Source: Harriotta raleighana (lineage: Eukaryota). From it: a DNA stretch of 64,000 nt. Below the pieces are notes generated by a model. It was not told the origin of the DNA, ran no database searches, and saw only the letters and a list, made by a program, of their open reading frames with translations. Position numbers and translations under genes: made by a program. Position 1 is the stretch's first letter. Each line of letters begins with the position of its first letter. Positions 37,086-51,214 of the stretch are shown in pieces. The DNA lies in NCBI GenBank assembly GCA_050575255.1, contig JBNZDD010013678.1, forward strand, positions 3,839,405-3,903,404, given 5' to 3'.

Positions 37086-37497
37086 ATGACCATGAGTTCG
37101 TATTTGATGAACTCTAAATATGTGGATCCCAAATTTCCTCCTTCCGAGGAATACTCGCAAAATAACTACATACCTGACCACTGCTCAGAGTATTACAGCC
37201 AGTCGCAGGACTCTGATTTTCAGCACCAAGGAATCTATCCACGGTCAAACTACAGCGGCCAGTCCTACAGCTGCAGCAACGCTCGGGGCTCCTCAGTGCA
37301 GCAGAGGGGTCATGTGCAGGCACAGCCCGCTCATCAGATCCCCCTCCCAGGGATACCAGAAGCCGGAGCACCGCTTCAGGTCTCCACAGCCCGGCCTTGC
37401 ACCCAACAACAACACAATGCAAGGAACCAAAACGGCACAGCAACCAAACAACCAGCAGTGGTTTATCCTTGGATGAAAAAAATCCACGTTAACAACG
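37086..37497 (+). CDS. HOXD4: HoxD4 coding exon 1
   Basis: [23 protein letters not shown]...[16 protein letters not shown]. Donor AACG|gtaagg, phase 1. Confidence 0.95.
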
Positions 37498-37587
37498 GTA
37501 AGGTTCACTTTTATTTTTTTGGTGCTTTTGCCGGTACCTCGCCACCCCCCTTTGGCAGCATATGTGTGACTCATTGCTTTCGGGCTA

Positions 37588-37686
37588 TCGTAAATAACTC
37601 CTCCAGAAGAGGATTTATGAGCGGTTTTTTTTTCCACCCAAAAAAAAGAGAGACCCGCAATTACACCCATCATAAATTTTTATTGC
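37588..37686 (+). promoter_or_regulatory. HB1-like homeodomain-binding cluster in the HoxD4 intron
   Basis: TCGTAAA...GATTTATGA...CAATTACACCCATCATAAATTTTTATTGC resembles the conserved Hox4 intron element. Confidence 0.6.
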
Positions 37687-37946
37687 TGAGGAAATAGGCC
37701 GCTGGCCATGTGGTTGGCTCTATGTGAAAACTCAAGCCTGAGAGTAACAGGAACATGTTATAAGTCAGATTTTGAAAGAACTTTCAAGTTAAGCTTCAGT
37801 AGTAATACATTTTAAACTTCTCCCAGATATATTGTGACAGGGGAGCGTGCAGATTTTAATGGGAGAACTGTATTGGTGGAAGTAGCAAGTGCCAAACTTT
37901 AGGTTCGGATCTGAATGTATTTTTTGTGAATTATTTTGTTTTTCAG

Positions 37947-38254
37947 TGAATCCCAATTACACTGGAGGGGAACCCAAACGTTCACGAACTGCCTACACAA
38001 GGCAGCAGGTTTTAGAACTGGAAAAGGAATTCCATTTTAACAGGTATCTGACAAGGAGGCGTCGTATTGAAATAGCTCACACTTTATGTCTTTCCGAGCG
38101 CCAGATCAAAATTTGGTTTCAGAACAGAAGAATGAAGTGGAAAAAAGACCACAAACTGCCCAACACTAAGACCAGATCGTCAAGTTCTTCTGCTTCCAAC
38201 CAACAGTCACAAACTGTGTCCAAGGATCAGCAAACAGATCTCACAAGTTTATAG
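37947..38254 (+). CDS. HOXD4: HoxD4 exon 2 (homeodomain)
   Basis: Acceptor ttgtttttcag ends at 37946. [24 protein letters not shown]...IAHTLCL...KDHKLPNTK...DLTSL*. AATAAA at 38936. Confidence 0.96.
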
Positions 38255-39058
38255 AAGAACATCAAAGAATTGGTTCTCTCTTGAGTGTACATATTATATG
38301 ACATTTCCAGGCAGAAATTGCATGTACCGATATCGTGGCTTGTAGTTGCTTTCCTGCTGATTCTACGGAATTGAAAGAACCTCATTTTATGCCGTCACCA
38401 TGTTCTTTAATGTAGAAAATGAAGCAAAATGGATCATCACCTTAGCTGCTATTGAAATAATTACGACTCTAGTCATTGTGAATTCTTACCAAACAGCACA
38501 CCTTAGTAACCTTATTAAGTGATACATACTAAGTGGTGAGGACACGGTGAGGCGAATACTCCAGGAAGGTACATGTCTAGTCTCCTAGCATGAAAAGGAA
38601 AGGCTGCGACGCTTGTTCATGGTCTTTTTTTAATTTTATAATGAAGGCTCAGTGATTTGTTGTGGCAATTTCTGGTTCCCACAACTATTTTTGCTTGTAA
38701 TTTGTATTTTTGCGATTCCATCTCTTTATGTATATTGTGTTGATATTCGAGATTTATAGTGATCGAGAATTAGACTGTGACTGTGGTTTCTTTATTTAAG
38801 ACGAGAAAAAAATGATATTTGTAATACTTATTGTGCTGCTGGATGGATTATTGTACAAGTATACAATGCAATATTGCATACATTTTTATGTTCAAAGAAT
38901 GATACCAAAATTCGTACGCACTACTAAAGTTCAAAAATAAATTTAGTAGTAACAATGTGAAGAGCCTGAGTAGTTTTCCTTATTGATATTCTGAGAAGAA
39001 TTATTATTGTTTATGCTGTGACGTGAAGAGAACTCATATATATATGTGTGTGTGTGTT

Positions 39059-39097
<39 letters not shown>

Positions 39098-40887
39098 GCG
39101 TTAAGGCTAACAAAGCGAATGCCGAGAACTCGTGTGATCTGAAATTCAACAATATATATTTAAGAAATGCTAGTGATATAAGCTAAAGCAAGATCACTGA
39201 AAGGAAAATGTGCCTCTTTGAATCTTCAGAGCAGTACTTTGTGTTCAGGGCGCTTGTTAAAAGTCTGTTTCTCGGTTTATTGGTTGATAAATGAGTAAGC
39301 TGGTTACACCAATCTGTGAACGTTTAGTATTACAAGTGGGAATGTGTTTCCTTTCGATTTTTTTCTCTAGAACGGATGAGCGGACAACAATATGACAGTC
39401 ACACAGTTTTAAAACAGAAAACAGTTTACACATTGGATATTTTGTTTTGTGAAGAAACCTTGTCGTTCCTCCAGCCCATTTATCTACAGGGAGACTGGTG
39501 GTGGTTGATTTACAGCGGTAGAAGACAATAGTCGAGAGTGAGGCTTCCCAATTGGGTTATTTACACCTAAACACAAATTGCTGAAAGATACTCGTACCTT
39601 TTCTGGTTTAGGGAAAGCCAATGTTGTAGTACACTCAGAAGAAGAAACGAGTAAGAGTTTCCTCAGCACAGCATCCTATGTGATGTGCCAACATTCTCAT
39701 GATATCAATCAGTGGCACATTGGTATGTAATGGGGATTTTGCACCCAGTTGCTTTGTGTACCGCTTTAAAACCGCCACTCACTGCAGGATATCCAGATGC
39801 CTTAAACGTATAAATTGTTGGCTGTATTATGAGGGCAAAGTACAATGATATCACTCCCTATGAATTTGGTATTTCCTACAGCAGTAACCCCATATACCAA
39901 CTGCACAATTCATCTTTTAAAAATCCTTCTCAGTATATTTAGTATTAATTTATTTGGGGCACTGGGCAATCTTTGGATTGAACAATGGGGAAAACGCTTC
40001 TAATTTATGAAGGGCTGAAATGCAATAAAATGGATTGAATAATGCAGATGGTAGCTTTAATTGTCCGGTGTTGCATTTAGCAGTGATTATATACATAAAG
40101 GGTTCTTTTCGTACACGTTAAAGAAAAGAACACGCCCAAAATAAATGTAAATATCTAGTGTCCTGCTTCACAATAAATCTAAAATGTTGCAGCTACGCGT
40201 TTATGGTGTGCAAATACACACAGCATTTTCTGAAATAAACCGCACTATTCAAATTATTTATAGAAAATGAATATCAGTGAATAAAGTCGGAGGTGGGGGT
40301 GGTGGGGCGGTGGGTGTGAGGGGGGGGGGGGTGGGGGGTTGGTGGGGGGGCGTGTGTTAATGTGTTATCTAATCCACTAAAAGGAAACCGAGCCAAACCA
40401 GCAGCCAGGAAATAATTATTCGCAATCACACAGCAATTCCTGTGGCAATGCCAAAATTCTCTCAAGATGAGAGTTAAGAATAAGTATTTGCTAAGAATTT
40501 CGTTGTTCAGCTCCTCTCTCTCTCTCTCTCTTGTTTTTTAGTAGTCTTCAGAAACAAAAGAAAGTTAGCTATTTCCCTGTCCCTTCTTTGCCCTGCAAAG
40601 CATGCAGCTGGCTTAGCTGGATATAGTCTGTGTGAAAAGACGATTCTCACTATTCTTTGTTCTTTATACGGTCTGCCGTGTAGTTCTCAGACTTGCACAT
40701 GACATTACTATAATATATCCACGTCGTGATATTATAAATGAGTGATATTCTCTATACCATTTAAATCATTGTTGTCAGTACAAAACCCGCGTAAGGTTCA
40801 CGCATAGCGAAGATGTCCTTTTCTGACGCCTTCATGTTGAGAAGCTGAAAAGGTATTTTACTGAAGTTCGGGCAAACTGCAGAAACA

Positions 40888-40904
40888 GGTTCACCAAGAG
40901 GACA
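40888..40904 (+). promoter_or_regulatory. DR5 RARE of the HoxD4 3' neural enhancer
   Basis: GGTTCA-ccaag-AGGACA; matches the recalled Hox4 3' RARE (GGTTCAcccagAGGACA). Confidence 0.88.
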
Positions 40905-41330
40905 AATTTTCTATTCGATTAGCTGTATTTCAGCCGGGAGGACTGACCTCTAAACCCTTGACCTTTTGGACTCAATCCTACCCTTCGCCTTTTCTATGTG
41001 TTTTAACACAGACACCATCCAGCTGAAGCCAGTTGAAACAGTTTATCACGTATGAACTGTTCTCCTTTCTATAACTTGTAACTCTGGGACAATTCATAGG
41101 ACATAGTGTCTCTCTGGTACGAAGCACGGTGCAGTCAGCATCCACAATTTCTCGTTCTCCCATCTTCAGCACACACAAAAAAATACGCCATTCCGGGCCA
41201 TTCCTTAACAAACCAAATTTTTGCTGCCATAGCCTCCGTTAGGTTAAAAGTTGCTGATTTACTCGATTTCAAACTTTGCCCATTTTCAACTCAATGTGGC
41301 TCCGTTTCCCTTTCTCTGCCGTTTGAATGG

Positions 41331-41362
<32 letters not shown>

Positions 41363-43225
41363 AAACAGGCAGCGAAACATTCCTTATCTTCTTGCGTTTG
41401 CATTGAACATCTAAAAAAAAACCTCCGTTGAATATTATTGAGGTTCAAATTGCTCTGAAAGTTAGCATCAGATGCTGGCGAGCGAGTTGCAGAATATTCT
41501 AAATCATGTTGCGAGGGGTTCCTGGTAGTTGTTTCGAACAAAGCCAGATGTTGTTTACCAATAAACAGAATAGAAATCTGTTCACGTCCTCTTTAATGAT
41601 ATAGCAACAATAAAGACAGTACAGTTTTTAAAAATATATAAACCCGCAATCAATGGTCTTGAAATCCATCAACAGACCTCGATTTCAGGCGGTTTAAAGC
41701 ATTTCTATTCAGAATCATTTTCAAACATTATCAATTTACATCCAGATTATGGGTAACATTGGCATAATTTGGTCATTATTCTTTTTTTAATTGAAGGAGG
41801 CACATTTGGAGACCGAGTGTGCACAACACCCTGTATTGTGTAGGTGTTCCTTGTTTGGACGATGTTAATGCTTGAATTATAATCCCACAATCTCATTTTA
41901 TGTTGTTTATATGGACCATTCCAACCCCCTCCCTCTACCCAAACCACCTCCCCCTTCCCTCCCAAAGAACCTAAATTATTTAGCGTAAAAGTTTTAATTT
42001 GATTTTATTGAGGATTTTATTGCAATTGATGAAATATGCAAGCAACTCGAGAGGTGTGGGAGTGGGTGGGGGGGAGTGGGGGGGGATGTGCAATATTTTA
42101 AACGAACTTCTTTAGGGTTGCAAAAAAAAGGTGCTTTAATCATGGAAACGGACATCCGTTGTATGCAAACCACCTCAATAACTGGAGATTAATGACCAGC
42201 ATGTGTTGCGAGGTTACCTTTTTGAAGCAACACTCTAAATTCTGCGAACAAATAGATATTAAAAGAAGCTCTAAGCAGTATATGACTTTGACTTTTGTGC
42301 AACACCTTTCTCCTTGAAAAAGAGACTACATTTAACCGCAGTTCTCACCAAGGTCAATTGATAACGTCTCACATTCACTCAACAATGTAATTTATCAATA
42401 TTTAAGATACGCTGCAACATGTATTAATGTAAGTACTGGTGACTATTTATAATTCAAAGTTTTAAGTCCAGATATGTAATTATTCTCAAATTCTCTCACT
42501 GTGTCATTTGTCACATAAAATACAACCTAAAACATGGAAAGTAGAGGGTATAAAAGTCAACAACATCATGATTCTGAACTGTTGTATTATTCAAAATTCA
42601 TAATGTCACATATAATGCAAGACACGATCAATCAGCTTGCATATTTATATATGTGAATATCGTGCCCCTTCCCACGAAACATATGCAAACGTGTTTTGTG
42701 TATACCTGTGTACTCTAAAAATATATGTGAATGAACATGTGCATATTAATATACATGTACATTTATTATATCAGACACAAATACCTTTGTATTATGTCTC
42801 CCTTTAATCAATTGAGCCCCATAACTATGAAAACAATTTTAAGACAGTTTTATTTTAAAAGGAAATCTTCATAAAGTTTAACTTGAATTATTGATATGAT
42901 TAATATCATATCATATTGCTGTATATATCGCCCAGCCGCCTTGCTTCAAGTCTATAAGGAGAAATAACAGAGAAAAGGGTATCGAGTCAATAGGACCATA
43001 CCATAGGCTGGTCATTCAAAGTGGGACAAAGCTGATGCAGCCCAACGTTTCTAAACAGCCATGTTTGTTAGTCTTTTCTCTTAAAAATTTCCAAACATAT
43101 TCACCAGCCTTATATCTGTCTATATACATATATTTTTAAATATATGTGTGAGCGACTTTTGCATTTTGTGAACCCAAATGTCTTGAAGAGGTGCTAAGAT
43201 TTTATGTATCCTTTTATACTTGATT

Positions 43226-43420
43226 CGGCCACGTGATTTACTAAATAATTAATGCAGTACGTCCCGAAAGAAACACGGCGTCGTCATTAATCGGCCAAGC
43301 AAAGGACTCTATCACACTTGAAAAGTGAACAGATCCCAAGAATATTATATACAAATGGTTCGCTATCACACGTTGCTGCACTAGCTCGTTACCAGCCACT
43401 GAAAAATGGAGGTTTGGTAG
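43226..43420 (+). promoter_or_regulatory. Putative distal Hox3 promoter and non-coding exon
   Basis: GCCACGTGATTT...AAATAATTAATGCAG...GTCATTAATC followed by donor-like TTG|gtaggt and TAG|gtaaac. Confidence 0.45.
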
Positions 43421-46400
43421 GTAAACATTTTTTAGTTTTGTTTCCAGTAAGATAGTAAATGAATGTAACTGTCATATATGTTTGATGAATAGCGCCCTTT
43501 GCTTCCTACTCTGTGCTACTAGGCGACAGTCATAAGTTGTAGCAAGCAGATATGGTGACCTTCTACTCGGATTAGCTTTAACATTTTGGAGCAACAATGA
43601 TAAACTTCAGGTGCAAAAAATTTGTATCTATTGCATTTTTTTTGAGGGGGGGTGGGTGGGTTGGGGGTAAATAGAAGCTAGATGGGTTTATTATTAAGGC
43701 GTCGCTGTGTGTCATGAAATGGCGTAGATTTTACGGTTTAGTTGTTCTTTATTGCAAACAATGCAGGCTGTCATGGCATCTGCTGCCTGTTTGTAGAAAG
43801 CGAAATAGAGGCCTGAGCTTATGTTGAATACCATGAGATATATATTTTGTTCTCTTTGAAGCGTCATGGAAAGTCTGTGAATGAGAGTGAAGCAGAACAA
43901 CTGCACTGGTACTCGAGTTCTCAGAAAGTATTTTCATGTGAATGTGGTACTTAACTATTGCTGTGGGTGTTTTGCTCCAGAAGATGAAATAAGCATTCCA
44001 TTTTACTCTGTGATCTTTGCAGTAACATGACTATTTATTCCCTACAGCGGTGGATATAAACGAGCATGCAAAAAACTAAAAGCGGGTACTTGATTCATCT
44101 GAACAAATTATAGTGATTTGGAAAGCCACAGCGAGGGCAGAGTATTATTTTCACTTGCTGGTTTATTATGTATGGTTATGATGTAGTGCAAATATCATCT
44201 GATCAACTTGAACAAGATGAACATTAGGGCAAGATGTTGATGCATGTTTATATACAGAAATATAATATAATATGTATTATATCTAAACAATGCAAGATAC
44301 GGGACCACTATAGGAGAAGCATAGCCTGTCCTATTCAGAGTTATGTGCCGACGCTTTATGATTGGAATAAAAACAAAATGTCAGCAAACACTTTATTTAT
44401 AGCAGAGCAGAAATGTAAGAAGAAGGACAATTCCTGAATTCCAACCACATCACACCAGAACTAAAACTGCCAAGAGGGGGGGGGGGGGTAATAGCGTTAT
44501 AAATAAAACTATAAATATTTTCCAATAACGGTAAATTACAGCTAATTATAGTGTAGTATTTTAGTGCCATTTCGTAAACTACTCTGTCCCTCCAAAACCT
44601 CTCTCTCTCTCTGTAGAAAGGTGTAATTAAACTGTACAAATTACTGTGGTGAATACAGATGTCTTTGAAGAATTGTTTTATTAAACTGGCCGGAGATAGT
44701 TTACAATATGAACCTCGGCATTTATTGCTTCTGTGCTTTTGTCACAGAACCCACTCCTGCGAAATTCAATTTATGCTGTCGTCACGTGTATAAAGTCGAC
44801 GTTCGTTTCCTTTTTTAATAAATTATGCATTAAAACAATAACCTATTAATTCAGTTATTCGCCGATGACAAATGCAGCGTTGTTTCACTGATGACAAAGC
44901 TGCGGTTGTGACACCAAGCTGCTGTTTTTACCGACTATCACTTCAATTCATAATCATCCACGTTAGCTCTTCGTCCAGCAAAGGGAGCAGGTAGACAAGA
45001 ATCGATGAAAACGCTTTAATTACAACTTTTTTTTCATTAAATCGAAATAAAGTATTATGGTGTGGTGGGTCAAAAATTCCCAACCCCGTTATAAATCACC
45101 ACTTGTAATTCCTGAAAGGGTGCGAGGCTGCTGGGGGGCCGGACGAAGATAGTAAATCTTTCTCTTTTTATTGCTCTATGAACATATGCTGCGATTGAAG
45201 ACATCTAGGGTCCTCACTTAGCTACAGACTCCATAAAGCCGAATTCTCACCATCCCATAGTGTAATCATTTCCCTCGCTTCCTCTTCCAGTCGATTCTCA
45301 AAACACATCAGCAAAAGGGCGCTCTCGCCGTAAATATAATGGTCCATTTGTATTGTTAGTGTGGAGCTATGTTCAAAAGGGAACCACTTCGAAATCTGTG
45401 GCCAACTGTGATTTCCCAGCAATGAACGACCAAGAAGATCATTTATTCTAAGTAATCCAATATCATTTTATTTGACACAAAAACAAAAACGGGCATTGTA
45501 ACTAGTGCTGCACGGTACAGTGTGAATCTGAAGCCATACAAACGCCATTTAAGGGTTTTATTTTCTTTTAAATAATTTATATTGCAGTAATTGCAAAGCA
45601 ATATTTCTATAACGACCATACAGAGCCACAGAGGGTAAAGTAATTTAGATAAATGTTGCGTTAAGCCGACGCTAGGTGCAATAAGGTCATGCATTACTGT
45701 CAATAGGAATGCCTTTTATTGCTATTAAATTACAGACAAATGTTTCAGATATTAAAAACAGTTTGAAGCAGCGTTTAAACAAAATACAAGGCAATTCGAT
45801 AGAATGCATCTAAAAATTAATTTTCCGTAACTTAAAACAGTTACAATATATATATGTATATATTTAAATCTAGCAAAGGGGAATCAAATAGGAAAACAGA
45901 AAGATTCTCGGAGAGAGCATTCAAACGCTCAGGCATTGTGATACACATATAGATAGGTTTGGCCTCGTTGAAATAAATTGCTTATCCTGAAAAAAGAAAG
46001 GGAAAAACCCATGTTAGTTTCTGGTTACAAAGACATCAATTTCGCCACACACACTTAAAAAAATCACGGTGATATACAACAGTTATCTGCACTCTGCAGA
46101 CGAAGACACAGGATTTCACAGAAATCGTATGATGTTGCCGAATTCTATATTTCTAACTGCTTGACTCCAATTAATTGTTCAAATTTGAATCAGTGATATA
46201 TCAGAAGCTCCCCTATTTTCAGTCACGGGGTTTAACGTGTTACATCCACAATATTTAACTTAGTCATATTTATTTTTAGCGTTTCCAATAGTACATCCAC
46301 CCCGTTATGATGAACCTTTGTGTCGGCTGTGAGACCAATTGATATATCTTGTTTTCCCAAAACAAAATGGCCTTAAAATCAACGCAGTTGCCTATAAATA

Positions 46401-46859
46401 TGTGGCCCTGATTATTCAGAATTTAAAAAAATATATACAATAGATTTTGTTCAATATTGCACACGTCGAGGTTCAATGTAGTGTTAAACAGCAAACATTG
46501 GAGGATATATATATATATATACACACACACACATATATTATATATTTATATAACTAAAGAGACCGCAAAAACGCAACGATAATATGCACCTATTGTCTGA
46601 CTAGGTAAACCTGATCCCCCCCCACCCCACCCCCCCACCAAACCCCCCACTTCTTAGCAAACTGATTGGAGTGAAGAACGCTTTTAACACTGTAATGCTT
46701 TCGGTCGGTTACAGACAGCGCAGAATATTTCATTTTCACTCAGCTCCCCATTGGTGTTAATGTAGCAAAGTGACTCGGAAAGCCCCCCAAACAATCCATA
46801 TTAAAGAGATGTTAGTGAGGTAGCGCTGGCTCGACTTACTGGCTCAAACAGAACAAGCT

Positions 46860-47404
46860 GGTAACACAGATCACGTGAACAAATATGCCTGTATCTCTAG
46901 GCAGCGCCTATATTTTCTGATTATAAAAGGTTTCCGTTGCACTACAAAATTCATAAATTGCAACTTTTTTTTAAACGAATACCTACCGTTTTATAAATAC
47001 TTCCACCCACCCCACCCCACTTCCCCTCCCCACCCGTACCCCACCCCCCCCCCCCACCACCCACCCACCCCCACCACCCACCTCCCCCCCCCTCCCCTCC
47101 ACACCACAGTCTCCCACCCCCACCTCCACTCCCCTCCCCTCCCTGGACACTTGATTAGAAAGTCTTGATTTGAATTTAAACCTAAAGCACCTCTGCACGC
47201 TGTTTTTTATTGGTAGCTGTCCCGCAGACTGAAGCCATTTCTATCGGGAATACCGTCTCCATTTGGTATCGAAATGTCTGTAAAACCGCAAGATCAGGTT
47301 TAAGACAGCATTGTCTGCAGACAAGCGGCGGAGGATATTATTCGCGGCTGCAGGCTAAGAGATTGAGTTTGAGAACCACAGATTTATGATAAATTGATAC
47401 CCAG
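46860..47404 (+). promoter_or_regulatory. HoxD3 promoter (CACGTG at 46872, TATAAAA at 46922) and 5' non-coding exon ending at 47404
   Basis: 47200-47330 resembles the recalled human HOXD3 untranslated exon. Strong donor CCAG|gtaagc; compatible acceptor cccctag ending at 56461, before the CDS. Confidence 0.65.
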
Positions 47405-50400
47405 GTAAGCAATAGTATGATAAAATGCAACCTTTAGGAATAGGTTTGCCTAATGCCTTCAGCCAGGAGACATATTATTCATTCCAAATTGTATGAAAAT
47501 CTGATACAAACTAGTGCATTGTTTCAATTTCAACAGCATTTCCAGAGAGAGAGAGAGAGAGAGAAAAAATGATGTTGTTCCAAAGATTGGCGATTTATAC
47601 AGAACACTTCGCTGTTGTTTCACGAAAATGCGCAATTTGAAAAAGGTTAGATCGGACAAACCAGAGCGGTCCTAGATTTGTCTTGTGGCTGAGTTTTAGC
47701 TGATTCTGCTGTTTTATGTAAAGGGAAAACTAAATAAAAAGGGATAGAAACCCAGGGAACTTTTCAAACTGTCACTGGCAAACTTAGATCGTAAATCACA
47801 TTAATTTGTTGTCTCTAGCTTATCGTCAGAGTGCAGTCTTCTTTGATTTATGCGCTTCTGAAATATATTGCGGTCTGAAGTTATTGCAGCAGGCTGTATA
47901 AATTATTTCTCAATTAATGCTATTGTCGTTCAACGAAAACAAGTTGTGAATTTCTAGGAACTCGGGTAGAAGTGTATCCATACCTGTTTAATATAGGAAA
48001 CGTGGAATATTATTTTAAATCTTCAAAATTCTTGTCAGAAACATTTTTCTGAAACACGAGTAATTCGATTTCTGTGGCTATGTGCCTAATATAAACGAAT
48101 TTATGAAGAGCCCCACAGAATAAACTCGAATTCAGACGATTTCACTATTCGCCTCCAAGTGTCTAGGCGACCAGTTCAGTGGAATCTGGGCGTTAAATTT
48201 TAACTTATTTGCCTCCCAGTTCCAGTACCGGGTTACATTTCCCTTCACTCCCATTCACTCCTTCTCTTTCAGGGCTTTTACTATTAACTGGTATCTAGAT
48301 TAATTATTTTCGTTTTTCATCTGAACGCCCAAATCCGCACGGTTTAAGGATAATATCCTGTTTAATAAGGCAATGTAAGATTTTGATCAAACTTTGATTT
48401 AATATCAGGTAATGAGAGTGGTTTGGCTTTTTTTTAAAAATAGTTTCTTTTAAAAAAGAAACAATGATTTTGCGACAACTGATAGACATTCGTAACATTC
48501 TGCTATATAGCAGGGACTAGAAACAGATTCCTGTGTCTTTGCCTGGACTGGAAGCTTAGTTTGTAAACATAGAAAGAATTGAGGGCATTTCCTCAGACTG
48601 TCCAGTGTGTAAAAGTTGTTTTTTCACTGTGTGTGTGCGTGCTCTGTTCGGTCAAAACTTGGAGGCATCTCACATTTTTCATTGCTCTATGCCTCGGAGC
48701 TGCTGGCCTGCCATGTTAGTCAGCTGAATCCAATTACTGTGAGTAGCATTTCATTTTGCTCGATGGGGCCACTCACTTATAACTTCACCTAAAATTTCAA
48801 TAAACCTTTCTTCAGCTCACGCCAGGGTAACTGCCAACATTCTCCTGATAACGTGGCTTGCACAACTTTTCATGTCGGAACGAAGGCAAAAAAACTTTTC
48901 AGGCTGCGCGTACAGTAACTCAGTTGGATTTATGGAGGGATTTGAGATCCTGGCAGACATTAAATGTAATGCATAAACAGGATCATTTTCCAAGTTTTTT
49001 TTCCTGCCAATTCTGGTTAGCATTTTAGGGAGCTTCCTAGGAAAGTTTGGGAGAACTTTCATCTAGTAAATCATTCAACCACTATTAATCGATTAATCCG
49101 TACGTTTTTACAGCCTGGTAATATGAGCCCCCATTCTTTTAACCGCCCCCCTCCCCCGCTACGTTAATAAATAAAATGTTTAAAAAAAACTTACCGTCAA
49201 GATTATCGATGATAACACTTAAGTTGTTATCAAGAACAGCTTGAAGGCACCAAGTGTTCAACGCATGTCGACTTTTACAGGTTTTTTTTTCTTGAAAATT
49301 AAAATAATTTACATGCAAATACTCTACATCGAGTGATTTCAGACAGAAATAAAAAAAAAGCTTAAATTGACGTATGGCCACGTGAATACATTACAGACGA
49401 CATTATGGTGGGAGGCATTGGGCCGGGGACCTATGCAGCTCCGACTGTGATTAGGATCCTCTTCAAACTTCAAATTATATCGACGCAAGTTGGGGTGACT
49501 AGTTTGTAAAAGTGCTGCGCCTTAGTTGGATTAAAGAGCGATAAGAACAGCCATGGTGAAGTTGTGTGATGAGCTGTATTGTGAGGTATTGGAGGCGCTT
49601 CCGTTGGTTGTTCATTAAGTGGTGAGTTATTGCTGTACAAGCCAAAGGTCATTTCAAAGGCTTATGACTCTTATATATTGTCAGCTAATGACCGCGATTT
49701 CTTTGTATGTTTGCTCTGCCACCCTTGCTGGTTTACAAAATGTATTTTCAGATTTTAAGCACTCACTTTCAATTGGTCTAAATACACTGAAATCTCTGCA
49801 TGTTCATCTTCTGTTCACCCTCAATCTGCCTCCAGCGCATTCATTAGGAGCCGGCAGCTTTTATGCCGGGTCTAACTGTGTTGTATTACTGCATTTTAGT
49901 TACTTTTTGTATCACCAGGTTGTTTATTGCACAGATTATGATCATTCCTAATCGATATAAAGTGATTCGTGATGTTTGGTATCCCAATGACAAAGCATAA
50001 CCGCCTATCAATAGAATACATTATTCATGAGTTTTATATATGGCGCCAGTTTTTTTCTTGAATCCTCCATATTTGTATTGTTATATTGCTTTGTTTTACC
50101 ACTGTGATACTTTTACATAAAACACTGCTATGCAAGTAACAACAAGAACAGCAGATAAACATGAATTATAGAGGCGAATGCTGTTACAAATCGTGGCTTG
50201 GGGCAAGTTCTAACGTGGAATCACCAGAAGCTTTATGTTATTAAGCAGCGAGTATTATTTAATGTTTCATTCGTATCCAGCTTCATTAAAAGACCATAAC
50301 AGAACGAGACGATTCCCTCCCCTACCAAACCATGTAGGCCCCGAAATATATTGATCATTGTGTGTTATAAAAGCTGCCGCTTGCACACTCGAGGCACATT

Positions 50401-51183
50401 TCTGCTCTTAAAGGGGATGGATGTGAAACCCTCGGACGATTAATATATATACGTATACAATTCCACAATACGTATATGAATTATTAGAATCTCCTGGAAT
50501 AACCGATTTGTTATTGTGTATTCATTCTCTGTCGAAACGTTTCGAAAGGAAGAATTGTATTTTAAAAATATATATATATGTAAACATTAGAACAGGGAGC
50601 GATTCTGTATAATCCTATCTTTAATTGAATTTCCAAGTGTATGGATATCTCGGATGTATCACTAATAATAATTTTAAAATACTGATAGACCCCTTATTCA
50701 GGAACAATGCATTTTTTTAATTTCTGAAGGAAATGAGGTGATCACCAACAACTTACATTTTCTCTATATTTTTAATCGAATTCTATAACTATTTGGTTAA
50801 CGTCGACCGCAGAGGGATTTTGGGTTGCCCACAAAACTCATGAATAACAAAAACAAATGTATTTATTCTGTAAAAATATATATATATATAAGCAGAGCCT
50901 GCGGCCAAGGTCTTTTTCTTTGTTTGCTAGAAGCCAACAGATGAGTTAAATAAATACAAAGTATTACGAAATATTACCGATGCTTAATGTCAATCAAAAG
51001 CATTTTTGTTACATTTTTCTTCTTTCAGAAGAAAGCCGGTGGAGTCTGCGGAATTCAGGCGGGTTCCGATTCCAACCCAAAGAAAGTCTGAAAGAGAAAG
51101 CCAGCGTGGTAAGTTGTGTTGTTTTCAGTCCTACACACCGAGTCTGTGTGTGTGTGTGAGAGAGAGGAGGGTGGGGGTGGGCA

Positions 51184-51214
<31 letters not shown>

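Noticed and set aside
37114-37673. Antisense and alternative-frame ORFs over Hox exons (also at D9, D8, D5, D3, D2)
   Set aside because: Expected shadows of coding exons with no independent evidence.
44124-44142. CTCF-like GCCACAGCGAGGGCAG
   Set aside because: Spacing does not fit the core consensus.
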